Of a stretch of 64,000 nt of DNA, positions 11,670 to 23,862 are shown one piece after another. The number at the start of each line of letters is the position of its first letter. The first letter of the stretch is position 1. Below the pieces are notes generated by a model. That model searched no databases, was not told the origin of the DNA, and was given only the letters and a program-made list of their open reading frames with translations. Both the position numbers and the translations under genes were made by a program. The stretch comes from Mustelus asterias (lineage: Eukaryota). The DNA lies in the NCBI RefSeq assembly GCF_964213995.1, contig NW_027590185.1, positions 310,001 through 374,000 on the forward strand. The letters run 5' to 3'.

Positions 11670-12560
11670 GATCATAGAGTCATCGAGGTTTACAGCATGG
11701 AAACAGTGTCTTCGGCTCAACCTGTCCATGGCGCCCTTATTTTTTTAACCACCAAGCTAGTCCTAATTTCCCACGTTTGGCCCATATCTCTCTATACCCA
11801 TCTTACGCATGTAACTGCCTACAACGTTTTTTGAAAGACAGCATTGTGCCCGCCTCTACTACTACCTCTGGCAGCTTGTTCCAGACACTCACCACCCTCT
11901 GTGTGAAAAAATTGCCCCTCTGGACCCTTTTTATCTCCCCTCCCACCTTAAACCTATGCCCTCTAGTTTTAGACTCCCCTGCCTTTGGGAAAAGATGTTG
12001 ACTGTCTAGCTGATCCATGCCCCTCATTATTTTATAGACTTCCATAAGATCACCGCTCAGCCTCCTACGCCCCAGAGAAAAAAGTCCCAGTCTATCCAAC
12101 CTCTCCTTATAACTCAAACTACCAAGTCCTGGTAGCATCCTAGTAAATCTTTTCTGCACTCTTTCTAGTTTAATAATATCCTATCTATAATAGGTTGATC
12201 TGAACTGTACACAGCATTCAAAGTGTGGTCTTACCCAATGTCTTCTACAACTTCAGTAAGATGTCCCAACTCCTGGACTTAATGTTCTGACCAATGAAAC
12301 CAAGCATTCCGAATACCTTCTTCACCACCCTGTCCACCTGTGACTCCACTTTCAAGGAGCTATGAACCTGTACCTCTAGATCTCTTTGTTCCATAACTCT
12401 CCCCAATGCCCGACCGTTAACTGAGTAAGCCCTGCCCTGGTTTGATCACCTCACATTTATCTAAATTAAACTCCATCTGCCATTCATCAGCCCACTGGCC
12501 CATTTGATCAAGATCCCATTGCAATCCTAGAAACCTTCTTCACTGTCCATTATGCTACCA
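11670..12560 (-). mobile_element. CR1 LINE fragment
   Basis: ORF 11803-12159 QKRFTRMLPGL..LGLFSL.RRRL..DL..VYK..TRGH. Confidence 0.8.
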
Positions 12561-13004
12561 TAATACTGGCTACAATACATGCCGAAAATCTAGGAGCTTT
12601 CAGAGAGAAAGGGAGTTTCAGAACAGCTTCCAGAAGTTCGCGTCTTCAACCAGAACTCCAGCTCAACTCCAAACCTCGCCTCACTCCTCCCATTAACCCC
12701 ATCATCACAAGACCCAGCATTCCTAAACCCACATTCCAATCCTTTTAGCAAAACCCCAGGGCACCTCCTTTTAACATACACAAGTCCATTGAGATAAACA
12801 ACTGCATGGCTGAAATGAGTAATTATCCTGCTGGTGGTCCCCTGAGAAGCATTCTTCCGCGAAATAGCACTGCTTGTAGAATAAACCAGAAGTTTTAAAC
12901 ATTCTCCCAGAATAGATTAAAAGAAAATATATGTCAGTATATATTGAACACATTCATTGCCCACCCCTGAAAAACAATGAACCAACAATATGAATACTCA
13001 CAGA

Positions 13005-13358
13005 ATACTGCAAGACCTGGACAGAGCAGACATGGGGAAGATGTTTCCATTAGTAAGAAAGACTAGGAACCGAGGGCACAGCCTCAGAATAAAGGGACAA
13101 CCCTTTAGAACCAAGATGAGGAAGAATTTCTTCAGCCAGAGGGTGGTGAATCGATGGAATTCATTGCCATAGATGGCTGTGGAGGCCAGGTCATTGACTG
13201 GATTTAAGACGGAGGTAGATAGTTCTTGATTGGTAAGGGGATCAAAGGTTACAGGGAAAAGGTGGGAGAATGGGGTTCAGATACTTATCAGCCATGATTG
13301 AATGGTGAACAGTCTTGATGGGCCAAATGGCCTAATTCTGCTCATATATCTTATGGTA
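13005..13358 (+). mobile_element. CR1 LINE 3' fragment
   Basis: MFPLV..TRNRGHSLRI..FFSQRVVNRWNSLP plus 3' UTR similar to 10090-10447. Confidence 0.75.
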
Positions 13359-14792
13359 TAAAACTTGGCCGCGTTAGTGAAGAATGATTGAAGACAAATT
13401 GCTCGACACACTGGTCTGTTCCAATCATCAAATGGTCTTTATTTTACAGCGGCGGGGAGGAAGTCGCTGATCTCACCTTGCAACCTCTACCCTGAACATA
13501 GAAAATCACACATTCTTATCCATTTACTGCAGCCCATTCCGGCTGGTTACAAACTAATCACAATATGAATCGATTCCAGACATATCCAATCAAGCTAACA
13601 ATTAGGCATCATGTGGCTGTGTGATCAGCTCATGGACAGCTCTGGACCATCTCATCATGTGGACCAGACACCTTATAACAACTGACCTTGTGACATCACA
13701 ATGACTCACTATACTCAGGACTTTCTGATCTCCACCACATCCCAGCCTATTCCGTTAGCAGTCGGTTACTCAGTGCAGCTGCCTGTGTGCTGATAAGAGG
13801 GGCCCTGCTGAGCAGCTTTAATGGTCCGTGATTGCAGAAACTGAGCAGTCACAGGAATGTGGTCAAGATAGTCCAGTCCCATAATGCCTCACATTCAATC
13901 TGCAGTCCTTCAATTATAACAGAATATGTGGCTGTATGTAGCTGCCTCGGCCGTGGTCAACCCCAACACTGCCTTCCTGAACTGCTACATTGCCTGAGGT
14001 GTAAGTACACCCACAGTGCTGTTAGGGAGGGATTTCCAGCTACACATTCCAGTCTTTCACTAGACTGTCGATGGATACCAGATTGATATATTCCATTCAA
14101 CCACACCCAAGGTGAGTTATTCCAATTCCTTTATTGTCCAGGACAATATATTCACAATATCTTTAAAACAGAAATTAAACATTCCCATTTGATTTCAGGC
14201 AGTAACATATTCTGTTAGTTTGTTCTTTATTGTCAATGTGAGACTGGGATTGTTCCCCTTGGAGCAAAGGAGGTTGAGGGGAGATTTGATAGAGGTGGGC
14301 AAGATTCTGACAGGTTTAGATAAGGTGGACAAAGAAAAGCTGTTCCCATTAGCTGATGGGACAAGGACGAGGAGGACAGAGATTTATGGTTTTGGGTCAG
14401 AGATGCAGGGGGGTGATGTGAGGAAGAATATTTTGATGCAGCGAATGGTAATGACCTGGAACGCGCTGCCTTCGAGAGTGGAGGAAGTGGAGACAATAAA
14501 CAATTACAAAGGAAATTGGATGGGCACTGGGAGGTTTCAAACAGAAATTCTGACTAAATATCTCTGAACTTCCTCACACCCTGTCACTCTGTGATCCTTG
14601 TGAAATTTGAAACCAGGTATTCGCAACAAGACTCAGAGCATCAGCCCACTGGAGGCAAAGTCATGAGACCGACCAGTCCAGCAGAAAGAAACCCTCCGAC
14701 CCTCCCCATTGGCCAACTGTGAGAATGAACAAAATGCAGTCCTGGATGTAACTGAGAGCAGAAACAATAACAGCAGAATCCAACCCCTGGAA

Positions 14793-15467
14793 TCACTCAT
14801 GAACTTGTTGGTGTCTCAGCAGCAAGAATGAAACTCTGAATCCCTTCCCACACTGAGAGCAGGTAAACGGCCTCTCCCCAGTGTGAACCCGCTGGTGTCT
14901 CCACCAGCTGGATGACCGAGCAAATCCCTTCCCACACTGAGAGCAGGTGAACGGCCTCTCCCCAGTGTGAACTCGCTGGTGTGTCTGCAGATCGGATAAC
15001 TGAGTGAATCCCTTCCCACACTGAGAGCAGGTGAATGGTCTCTCCCCAGTGTGAACTCGCTGGTGTCTCCGCAGGTTGGATGACTCAGTAAATCCCACCC
15101 CACACACAGAGCAGATGAATGGCTTCTCCCCAATGTGACCTCGTTGGTGTCTCCGCAAGTTGGATGACTGAATGAATCCCTCCCCACACTGAGAGCAGGT
15201 GAATGGCCTCTCCCCAGTGTGAATGCGCTGGTGTGTCTGCAGAGTAGATAACCGAGTGAATCCCTTCCCACACTGAGAGCAGGTGAACGGCCTCTCCCCA
15301 GTGTGAACTCGCCGGTGTCTCTGCAGGCTGGATGACAGAGTGAATCCCTTCCCACACTGAGAGCAGATGAATGGCCTCTCCCCAGTGTGGCTGCGCCGAT
15401 GAGCATCCAGCAGAGATGGAGATCTGTATCTCTTCCCACAGTCCGCACATTTCCATGGTTTCTCCAT
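14793..15467 (-). CDS. C2H2 zinc-finger protein, 8 fingers
   Basis: ACCATGG start (MEKPWKC) at 15467 and an open array to TGA; upstream exons inferred at 17591-~17700 and 15988-16053, coding exon begins at 15818. Confidence 0.85.
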   Translation of the reverse strand: MEKPWKCADCGKRYRSPSLLDAHRRSHTGERPFICSQCGKGFTLSSSLQRHRRVHTGERPFTCSQCGKGFTRLSTLQTHQRIHTGERPFTCSQCGEGFIQSSNLRRHQRGHIGEKPFICSVCGVGFTESSNLRRHQRVHTGERPFTCSQCGKGFTQLSDLQTHQRVHTGERPFTCSQCGKGFARSSSWWRHQRVHTGERPFTCSQCGKGFRVSFLLLRHQQVHE

Positions 15468-16944
15468 GGTGCAGGTGTCCTTGCCTCTGTCTTGTTTGGA
15501 CAATCAGTTAATGCCTCGTCCACCCACAAAACACGGGTACAGTCTCTCCCCACTGTGAATAGTGTGATATTTATTCAGGCGGTGTAACTTGTTAAAGCTC
15601 TTTAGTCAGTGCACTGGAACACTCTCACTCGAGTGTGGCAGTGTGTTGCTGCTTTTCCAGTCACACTGACATTTGAAATCTATTCAAATCGACAGACCGG
15701 ATAATCATTTCTCCTTCTAGATTCAAAGGCCAATGATATTCAGATCCCAAGGAATATGACTCTGTCGGATCTAGACATGACGGTTGAGATTTCGGCCTGT
15801 GATTCCTCTTTCAATATCCTGCAAAATGAGTTTGCAAAAGTCATCAGTGTCAGTACAGGATAGAAATTCAGAACAGACAATTCTAGTTTCTGTGGAACAT
15901 TCTTTCCTCTCTCATTCCCCAAAAAGCTGTGAATCTCCATCCCACACACTCTCCCTCCATTCTCACTCTGCTGTATCTAATATTCACCCTCCCAATTCTC
16001 CTGAAGGTGCTGATTGAGGCTGATTGACAGATCCAGGCTCACTGCTTCCTGTCCTGGACACAGAGACCATAACAAATAGGTGCTGCAGTCGGCTATTTGA
16101 CCCATCGAGCCTTTTAAACTATTCAATGAGATAATTCATTCATCTCCCTCAGCATCATTCTCCCCACACTAAACCCATATCCCTTGACATCTTCAATATT
16201 GAGAAACCAATCAATCTCTCCCCTGAAAATAGTTGATGACTGAGGCTTCACTGTCCTCAACGGTTGAGAATTCCAAAGCTTCACCACATACTTGAGTGAA
16301 GAAATCCCCCCACATCTTATCTTTTGCTCCATCTTCTTGTCTGTTCCCCATAACCATTAATGCCCCTGTCAGTCAAAAATCTGTCTAACTCATCCTGGAA
16401 TATATTCAATGACCTTCAGCCTCCACTGGTCCCTGTGGAAGACAAATCCAAAAGACTTACAACCCTCTGAGGGAAGAGATGTCTGGAAATATATAATGTA
16501 GCTACAGTTCCATATTACAAGTCTATGGATTCTATTTAAAAATGAAAGTGGATGGGCACTTGAAGGAAATAAACTTTCAGGAGAATGGGGATATAGAGTG
16601 GGAATGGGACTGGAACGTTATCCAGAGAGTCAGCATGGACTCGAGTTACCAAATGGACTCCTTCTGTGCTGTAATGACTATGGCTGGAAATGTATAAGAT
16701 AGCTACAGCATTATATTACAACACAAGAAATAATAATAAATGCACTTTTTTACAGAACCATAAATAACATATCTAATCGGTACCATATAACAACACTCGA
16801 CATATCTCTGTCTTATATTAATGTACTGTCCCCTTAAATGTCAGCCATCTCCTGGGGAAAGATGCCCTTTAATTGTGAACATTTAGCCAGACAAATAAAT
16901 GTCCTTTTAGCCAGACAAATAAATGTCTCAAGCTGAGGGAGCAA

Positions 16945-17430
16945 AGGATGTTCACCAGGCTGATTCAGGGAATCGCGGGACTGATGTAGGAGGAGAGAGT
17001 GACGAGGTTAGAATTGTTTTCGTTGGAGTTCAGATGAATGAGGGGGAGTCTCAAAGAGACTTATAAAATTCTAACAGGTCGAGACAGGATAGATGCAGGA
17101 AGGATGTTCCCGATGGTGGGGGAGTCCAGAACCAAGGGTCACAGTCTGAGGATTCAGGGTAGACCATTTAGGACAGAGGTGAGGAGACATTTCTTCACCC
17201 AAAGAGTGGTGAGCCTGTGGAATTTATTACCACAGGAAGTAGTTGGTGCTAAAACATTGAAGGTATTCAAGAGGTGGCTGGATATAGCAGTTGGGGCAAA
17301 TGGGATCAAAGGTTATGGGGAAAAAACAGGATTAGGCTACTGAGTTGGATGATCAGCCATGATCGTAATGAATGATGGAGCAGGCTCGAAGGGCCAAATG
17401 GCCTCCTCCTGCTCCTATCTTCTATGTTTC
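16945..17430 (+). mobile_element. CR1 LINE 3' fragment in intron 1 of the 14.8 kb ZNF gene
   Basis: ORF 17038-17343 with CR1 C-terminal motifs; ends in a TCTATGTTTCT tail. Confidence 0.8.
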
Positions 17431-17580
17431 TACATCAATGTCTTGAAGAGAGAGAGACCTGGGCCAACCTTTCCAGAGTCTGCAGCCTCCCTGGATTCAC
17501 TTCCTTTCCCTTCAGTTGCTGCAAGTCCCCAATTTCCCCCAGAATGAGAAAAGAAATGGAAAGAGGGAGAAAAGACAATG

Positions 17581-17930
17581 TTTTACTCACAGATGTGAGA
17601 GAAGGAGGAAGTTTGAGTCTGTCTGCAGCTTCATCTTCATTCACACAAAGCCCGCGCTCTGATTGGCTGGAGGACCAGAGTCCTTCCGGTCCTCCAATTC
17701 TTCCCATTGGCCAGAGCTGCGCAGTGAATCAAAAGTGCGCATGTGTGGGTTTTTAGGAGGAATGCGCATGTGCGGGTGTGGAGCGGGGTCCGGGACTGAG
17801 CCGGCGCACTGACCATTGTCTGTCCGGATCTTCCAGCCTTTTCCAATGGACAACAGCTCAGCGCGGCTGGAGGACAAAGTCCCGTCCACCCCCACGAGGG
17901 GCTCCGCCCCTCATTGTCTGTCTGCAGGGG
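17581..17930 (-). promoter_or_regulatory. CpG-island promoter and exon 1 of the 14.8 kb ZNF gene
   Basis: Reverse-complement homolog of 5640-5780: CCAAT, TGGAGGACC/GGTCCTCCA palindrome at 17668-17696, TGCGCATG motifs, donor GTGAGT. Confidence 0.75.
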
Positions 17931-17994
17931 ATTGCACAGTAAGAAGTTTAACAACACCAGGTTAAAGTCCAACAGGTTTATTTGGTAGCAAAAG

Positions 17995-18039
17995 CCACAC
18001 AAGCTTTCGGAGCTCCAAGCCCCTTCTTCAGGTGAGTGG
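17995..18039 (-). ncRNA. Minimal type I hammerhead ribozyme in PLE pseudo-LTR
   Basis: CAC-CUGAAGA-A-GGGGC-UUGGA-GCUCC-GAAA-GC-UU-GUG: conserved core, stem II, palindromic AGCU helix III. Confidence 0.7.
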
Positions 18040-18833
18040 GAATTCTGTTCACAAACAGAGTTTATAAAGACATAGACTCAATTTACAGAATAATGGTTGG
18101 AATGCGAATACTTACAACTAATCAAGTCTTTCAGAAACAAAACAATGGGAGTGGAGAGAGCATCAAGACAGGCTAAAAAGATGTGTATTGTCTCCAGACA
18201 AGACAGCCAGTGAAACTCTGCAGGTCCACGCAACTGTGGGAGTTACAAATAGTGTGACATGAAGCCAATATCCCGGTTGAGGCCGTCCTCGTGGGTGCGG
18301 AACTTGGCTATCAGTTTCTGCTCAGCGACTCTGCGCTGTCGTGTGTCGCGAAGGCCGCCTTGGAGAACGCTTACCCGAATATCAGAGGCCGAATGCCCGT
18401 GACCGCTGAAGTGCTCCCCAACAGGAAGAGAACACTCTTGCCTGGTGATTGTCGAGCGGTGTTCATTCATCCGTTGTCGCAGTGTCTGCATAGTTTCCCC
18501 AATGTACCATGCCTCGGGACATCCTTTCTTGCAGCGTATCAGGTAGACAACGTTGGCCGAGTTGCAAGAGTATGTACCGTGTACCTGGTGGATGGTGTTC
18601 TCACGTGAGATGATGGCATCTGTGTCGATGATCCGACACGTCTTGCAGAGGTTGCTGTGGCAGGGTTGTGTGGTGTCTTGGTCACTGTTCTCCTGAAGGC
18701 TGGGTAGTTTGCTGCGGACAATGGTCTGTTTGAGGTTGTGCGGTTGTTTGAAGGCAAGAAGTGGGGGTGTTGGGATGGCCTTGGCGAGATGTTCGTCTTC
18801 ATCAATGACATGTTGAAGGCTCCGGAGGAGCAA

Positions 18834-20360
18834 TCGGGCAATGGGACCCTGTGCGAGAACCTCTCCGGCTATGTCGAGGGCATCCTGAAACCCATTGTAC
18901 AAAGAACCCCCAGCTTTTGTCGCGACACGACGGACTTCCTACAGAAACTCGGCACACATGGAGCAGTTGAACCAGGAGCGCTCCTCGTCACAATGGATGT
19001 CTCGGCACTCTACACCAGCATCCCCCATGACGATGGCATTGCTGCAACGGCCTCAGTGCTCAGCGCCAACAACTGCCAGTTTCCAGATGCAACTTTACAT
19101 CTCATCCGCTTCATCCTGGACCACAATATCTTCACCTTCAACAACCAGTTCTTCATCCAGACACACGGAACAGCCATGGGGACCAAATTTGCACCTCAAT
19201 ATGCCAACATCTTCATGCACAGGTTCGAACAAGACTTCTTCACCGCACGGGACCTTCAACCGATGCTATACACTAGATACATCGATGACATTTTCTTCCT
19301 TTGGACTCATGGTGAACAATCACTGAAACAACTCTATGATGACATCAACAAGTTCCATCCCACCATCAGGCTCACCATAGACTACTCTCCAGAATCGGTT
19401 GCATTCTTGGACACGCGCATCTCCATTAAGGACGGTCACCTCAGCACCTCACTGTACCGCAAGCCCACGGATAACCTCACGATGCTCCGCTTCTCCAGCT
19501 TCCACACTAAACACGTTAAAGAAGCCATCCCCTACGGACAAGCCCTCCGTATACACAGGATCTGCTCGGATGAGGAGGATCGCAACAGACACCTCCAGAC
19601 GCTGAAAGGTGCCCTCATAAGAACAGGATATGGCGCTAGACTCATTGATCAACAGTTCCAACGCGCCACAGCGAAAAACCGCACCGACCTCCTCAGAAGA
19701 CAAACACGGGACACAGTGGACAGAGTACCCTTCGTTGTCCAGTACTTCCCCGGAGCGGAGAAGCTACGGCATCTCCTCCGGAGCCTTCAACATGTCATTG
19801 ATGAAGACAAACATCTCGCCAAGGCCATCCCCACACCCCCACTTCTTGCCTTCAAACAACCGCACAACCTCAAACAGACCATTGTCCGCAGCAAACTACC
19901 CAGCCTTCAGGAAAACAGGGACCACGACACCACACAACCCTGCCACAGCAACCTCTGCAAGACGTGTCGGATCATCGACACAGATGCCATCATCTCACGT
20001 GAGAACACCATCCACCAGGTACGCGGTACATACTCTTGCAACTCGGCCAACGTTGTCTACCTGATACGCTGCAAGAAAGGATGTCCCGAGGCATGGTACA
20101 TTGGGGAAACTATGCAGACGCTGCGACAACGGATGAATGAACACCGCTCGACAATCACCAGGCAAGATTGTTCTCTTCCTGTTGGGGAGCACTTCAGCGG
20201 TCACGGGCATTCGGCCTCTGATATTTGGGTAAGCGCTCTCCAAGGCGGCCTTCGCGACACACGACAGCGCAGAGTCGCTGAGCAGAAACTGATAGCCAAG
20301 TTCCGCACACACGCGGACGGCCTCAACCGGGATATTGGGTTCATGTCACACTATTTGTAA
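18834..20360 (+). CDS. PLE reverse transcriptase plus Cys-linker plus GIY-YIG endonuclease (5'-truncated, uninterrupted)
   Basis: DVSALYTSIP, QTHGTAMG, RYIDDIF, FLD RT motifs; PCHSNLCKTC linker; NVVYLIRC..WYIGET..RMNEH..E..LN endonuclease. Confidence 0.9.
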   Translation, partial: SGNGTLCENLSGYVEGILKPIVQRTPSFCRDTTDFLQKLGTHGAVEPGALLVTMDVSALYTSIPHDDGIAATASVLSANNCQFPDATLHLIRFILDHNIFTFNNQFFIQTHGTAMGTKFAPQYANIFMHRFEQDFFTARDLQPMLYTRYIDDIFFLWTHGEQSLKQLYDDINKFHPTIRLTIDYSPESVAFLDTRISIKDGHLSTSLYRKPTDNLTMLRFSSFHTKHVKEAIPYGQALRIHRICSDEEDRNRHLQTLKGALIRTGYGARLIDQQFQRATAKNRTDLLRRQTRDTVDRVPFVVQYFPGAEKLRHLLRSLQHVIDEDKHLAKAIPTPPLLAFKQPHNLKQTIVRSKLPSLQENRDHDTTQPCHSNLCKTCRIIDTDAIISRENTIHQVRGTYSCNSANVVYLIRCKKGCPEAWYIGETMQTLRQRMNEHRSTITRQDCSLPVGEHFSGHGHSASDIWVSALQGGLRDTRQRRVAEQKLIAKFRTHADGLNRDIGFMSHYL

Positions 20361-20564
20361 CTCCCACAGTTGCGTGGACCTGCAGAGTCTCACTGGCTGT
20401 CTTGTCTGGAGACAATACACATCTTTTTAGCCTGTCTTGATGCTCTCTCCACTCCCATTGTTTTGTTTCTTAAAGACTTGATTAGTTGTAAGTATTCGCA
20501 TTCCAACCATTATTCATGTAAATTGAGTCTGTGTCTTTATAAACTCTGTTTGTGAACAGAATTC

Positions 20565-20609
20565 CCACTCACCTGAAGAAGGGGCTTAGAGCTTCGAAAG
20601 CTTGTGTGG
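20565..20609 (+). ncRNA. Minimal type I hammerhead ribozyme in PLE pseudo-LTR
   Basis: CAC-CUGAAGA-A-GGGGC-UUAGA-GCUUC-GAAA-GC-UU-GUG. Confidence 0.7.
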
Positions 20610-21799
20610 CTTTTGCTACCAAATAAACCTGTTGGACTTTAACCTGGTGTTGTTAAACTTCTTACTGTGCAGAAGGAGGCCATTTGGCCCATCGAGTCTG
20701 CACCAACTCTGAGAGAGCATTTTATCAAAATTCATTGATTGTGACAAGGCAAGTTGACAAGGCTGTTTTTTTAAAAAAAGCTAATGGGGTCCTCAGTTTA
20801 TGAATGGAGATATGGAGTGCAAAGCAGGGAGTTATCCTGAATCTTTATAAATTACTGATTACCCAGCAGTGAGGAAAATTGATCAGGCACACCCTGTAAA
20901 CAAAAAGCAGGACAAATGCTACCCGGCCAATTACTGGTGCATTCAACCACCCTTGATCATCAGTAAAGTGATGAAAGGGGATATCTGCTGTCAAGTGGCA
21001 CTTGCTTCAGCAGAAACTACTCACTGATGGTCAGTTTGGGTTCTGCAAGGGTCACTGAGTTCCTGACCTGATTACAGCCTTGGTTCAAACATGGAGAAAA
21101 GAGCTGAACTGCCTCATAGAGGTGAAAGTACCTTATTGTATCAGCTGATGTTACTACTGGAAATGTCAGATTCCAGGATGGAAGATGGCTTGATAGATCC
21201 TCACTATTATTTTGTTCAGATAGCTGGATGAACAGTCAGAGATTTTTGGTAAACTTTTATTAAACAAGAAAACATTAAGTAGAATTAACTCTCCTTCACC
21301 CCAGCAATACCTTGACAGATATAAACAGACTTCTACCATTACACAAGTTACAAACTTTATCTTACACTCAAATATTCTCAGTAAGTTCACAGTCCATGCA
21401 AACTAATAGGTGAAATGTGGCCAAACACCCCACACTCTGAAACCAAGTGATAGATGTCACCGAATAGAACTTCTCTGGATTTCTCATCATTTCCCCAGAT
21501 GGTTGTCAAACTGTGAGCCAACTGATCTCACTGAAATTCTGTCTTCCACATGAGCATTTCCAATCTCACACTCTCGAAGATCACACTTTGGAATCTTCTC
21601 CGATACAATTCTTTCTATTGGATGCCTTCACCAAGGATCCACTGCCAGGATTTCAACTTCTTTCTGTATTCATCTGGCCTCGATCTCCATGTGCATTCAA
21701 GCTTCCAAACAAACTCTCAGGTACCCAACCACGCTAACAGAACACACTTGCTTCACAGGCTAGATTATGGTGTCAGCAACCTTTTGATCACCTCGGATC

Positions 21800-22495
21800 C
21801 CAAAAGGCCAATATACAGGAACAGCAAGTAATTCGGAAAGCTAATAGAATGTTATTGTTCATAGTGAGGAGAAATGATTACAAAAGTAGGGAGGTTATGC
21901 TCCAGTTGTACACACAATTGGTGAGACTACATCTGGAGTGTTGTGTACAGTATTGGTCTTGGTCTCCCTACTTAAGGAAAGATGTAAATGTATTGGAAGC
22001 AGTTTTGAGAAGGTTTTCTAGAGTAATACCAGGACTAGACAGGTTGTCTGATGAGGAAATGTTGCACAGGGTCAGCTTGTATCCACTAGAGTTTAGAAGA
22101 GTAAGAGGTGAATCGATCAAAACCTGAGGGTCTTGACAGGGTGGATGTGGAGAGAATGTTTTCTTTTAATGGAGAATCTAGAACTGGCAGGGGTGGAGCA
22201 TATGTTTACAAATAAGAGTTTGCTCATCTATGACCAAGATTACTAATGTTTTCTCTAAGAGGGCTGTGAGTCTCTCGAACTCTTCCTCAAAAAACAATGG
22301 AAGCATTGTCTTTGAATAAGTTAAAAGCACAGCCAAATAGATTCTTGATTAATGAGGGACTGAAAAGTTATTAGGAGTAGCCAGGATTGTGGGGTTGAGG
22401 CTAAAATCAGATCAGCCATGATCTTATTGAATTGTGGAGCAGGTTAGAGGGACTGAGTAGCCTACTCCGAGTTCATTTGTTCATATATTCTTATG
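21800..22495 (+). mobile_element. Degenerate CR1 3' fragment
   Basis: YKSREVMLQLY..LVRLHLECCVQYWS..YLRKD. Confidence 0.7.
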
Positions 22496-22849
22496 TCTCT
22501 TTCCCTGGAAATCTCTCTCTCTCTCTTGGGAATGTGCGTCACACAACTTTTCCATTCGCACTGATGAATGAAATCTTTTTGAACAGGGCATCAGTGTTCC
22601 TCTGACATTTGATCACTGATCATAGTCGTGTCCAAATGAACCAAGATATTTCTGACTGAAAATCCTTCCATTCTAATCCCTTGTAAATAAAAACATCTAT
22701 CAAAGCAATGAATGTAAGCACAGGATAGAAATTTGAAACTGATATTCTGGTTGTCACTTAACATTCTCCTCCCTTTCTGGAAAGCATTCTTTCTGATGTA
22801 TCACAACTTGATATTGCTCCTGCTCTGTCCAAGACCACAGGAAACTACA

Positions 22850-23230
22850 AAGGTCATGAATGACCCAATCCATCATGTAAACCAGCCTCCTATCCATTGA
22901 CTCTGTCTACATTTCCCACGGTCTTAGAAAAGCAGCCAGCATAATCAAGGACCCCACGCACCCTGGACATTCTTTCTTCCACCTTCTTCCATCGGGAAAA
23001 AGATATAAAGGTCTGAGGACATGTACAACCAAATCGAGAACAGCTTCTTCCCTGCGGCCATCAAACTTTTGAGTGGGACTACCTCACATTAATTTGATCT
23101 TTCTCTATATCCTAGCTATGACTGTAATACTACATTCTGCATCCTCCTCTTTGTCAGTAAAACGTACAAGAAACAGTACTTCTCACTGTCTACTAATACA
23201 TGTGACAATAATAAATCAAATTTCAAACTT
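22850..23230 (+). mobile_element. Rex1/Babar-like LINE 3' end
   Basis: Translates as IIKDPTHPGHSFFHLLPSGKRY...; AATAAATCAAAT tail. Confidence 0.6.
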
Positions 23231-23499
23231 TAAACATCTGCCTCCTCCCTATCAATTGTAAGCCTAATGCTTTTGACCATCCTCCTTATTTTTCCCCAGT
23301 TCTCCCCCAAGGAAGCTGCTGACTCTGGGGTTCAGTTTCACATTGAGCTATTCCACTCCCCAATATGTCACCCAGGTGTCTAAATTTTTCCACCTGAATT
23401 TTGCTAAGGTGGCGTCGCTATCAATTCGAGTGACTACCCAGATGTACATTATATCCGGATGGGGTCACTTCGCCTCCTTCCCATCCCATCCATCGCAGT

Positions 23500-23862
23500 C
23501 CCAGGTGTTTGGAGACTGGGCTCCGGCCGAGTAATGGCGGCCGCAGCTCCCACAATCCCCCGCGCTGGAGAAATCGCTCTATTCGCCGGGTGGGACTGCG
23601 CATGATTAACCCAGAGAAGTTCTGCGCATGTGCGGGGGATAGCGTTTCCCATTGGCCAATAACTGAGAGCGACCCGGGGTCAAAGTGTCTTCGACTCACT
23701 TCCGCTGCACCACTGTCTTCATGAGGGGTATTGACCAATGGAAGGAATTGGAGGACCGGAAGGATACTGGTCCTCCAGCCAATCAGAGTGCGGGCTTTGT
23801 GACAATGCAGATTGGATTTCAGACAGACTGAAATCTCCTCCTGTCGTCAACATCTGTCAGTA
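23500..23862 (+). promoter_or_regulatory. CpG-island promoter and exon 1 of the 25 kb ZNF gene
   Basis: AATGGCGGCC, CTCCCACAATCCCCCGCG (close to the Staf/ZNF143 consensus), TGCGCATG x2, CCAAT boxes, palindrome 23749-23777, donor GTCAGT at 23856. Confidence 0.8.

Larger units (their letters stand above)
17933..20671 (+). mobile_element. Penelope-like retroelement (Neptune-type), 5'-truncated, with ~0.9 kb inverted 5' arm
   Basis: 17933-18830 is the reverse complement of 19773-20671; internal ORF encodes RT and GIY-YIG. Confidence 0.9.

Noticed and set aside
9030-13925. Several LTR-like stretches (9030-9190, 9318-10065, 11377-12776, 13375-13922; also 21140-21800 and ~55340-56345)
   Set aside because: TG..CA-like ends and poly(A) signals are suggestive, but TSDs and internal ORFs could not be confirmed by eye
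16883-16928. Short tandem duplication TTTAGCCAGACAAATAAATGTC
   Set aside because: Single local duplication at a CR1 insertion edge; no sign of function
18243-18902. Separate 219-aa GIY-YIG gene
   Set aside because: It is the inverted arm of the PLE; its N-terminus is antisense RT sequence across the junction
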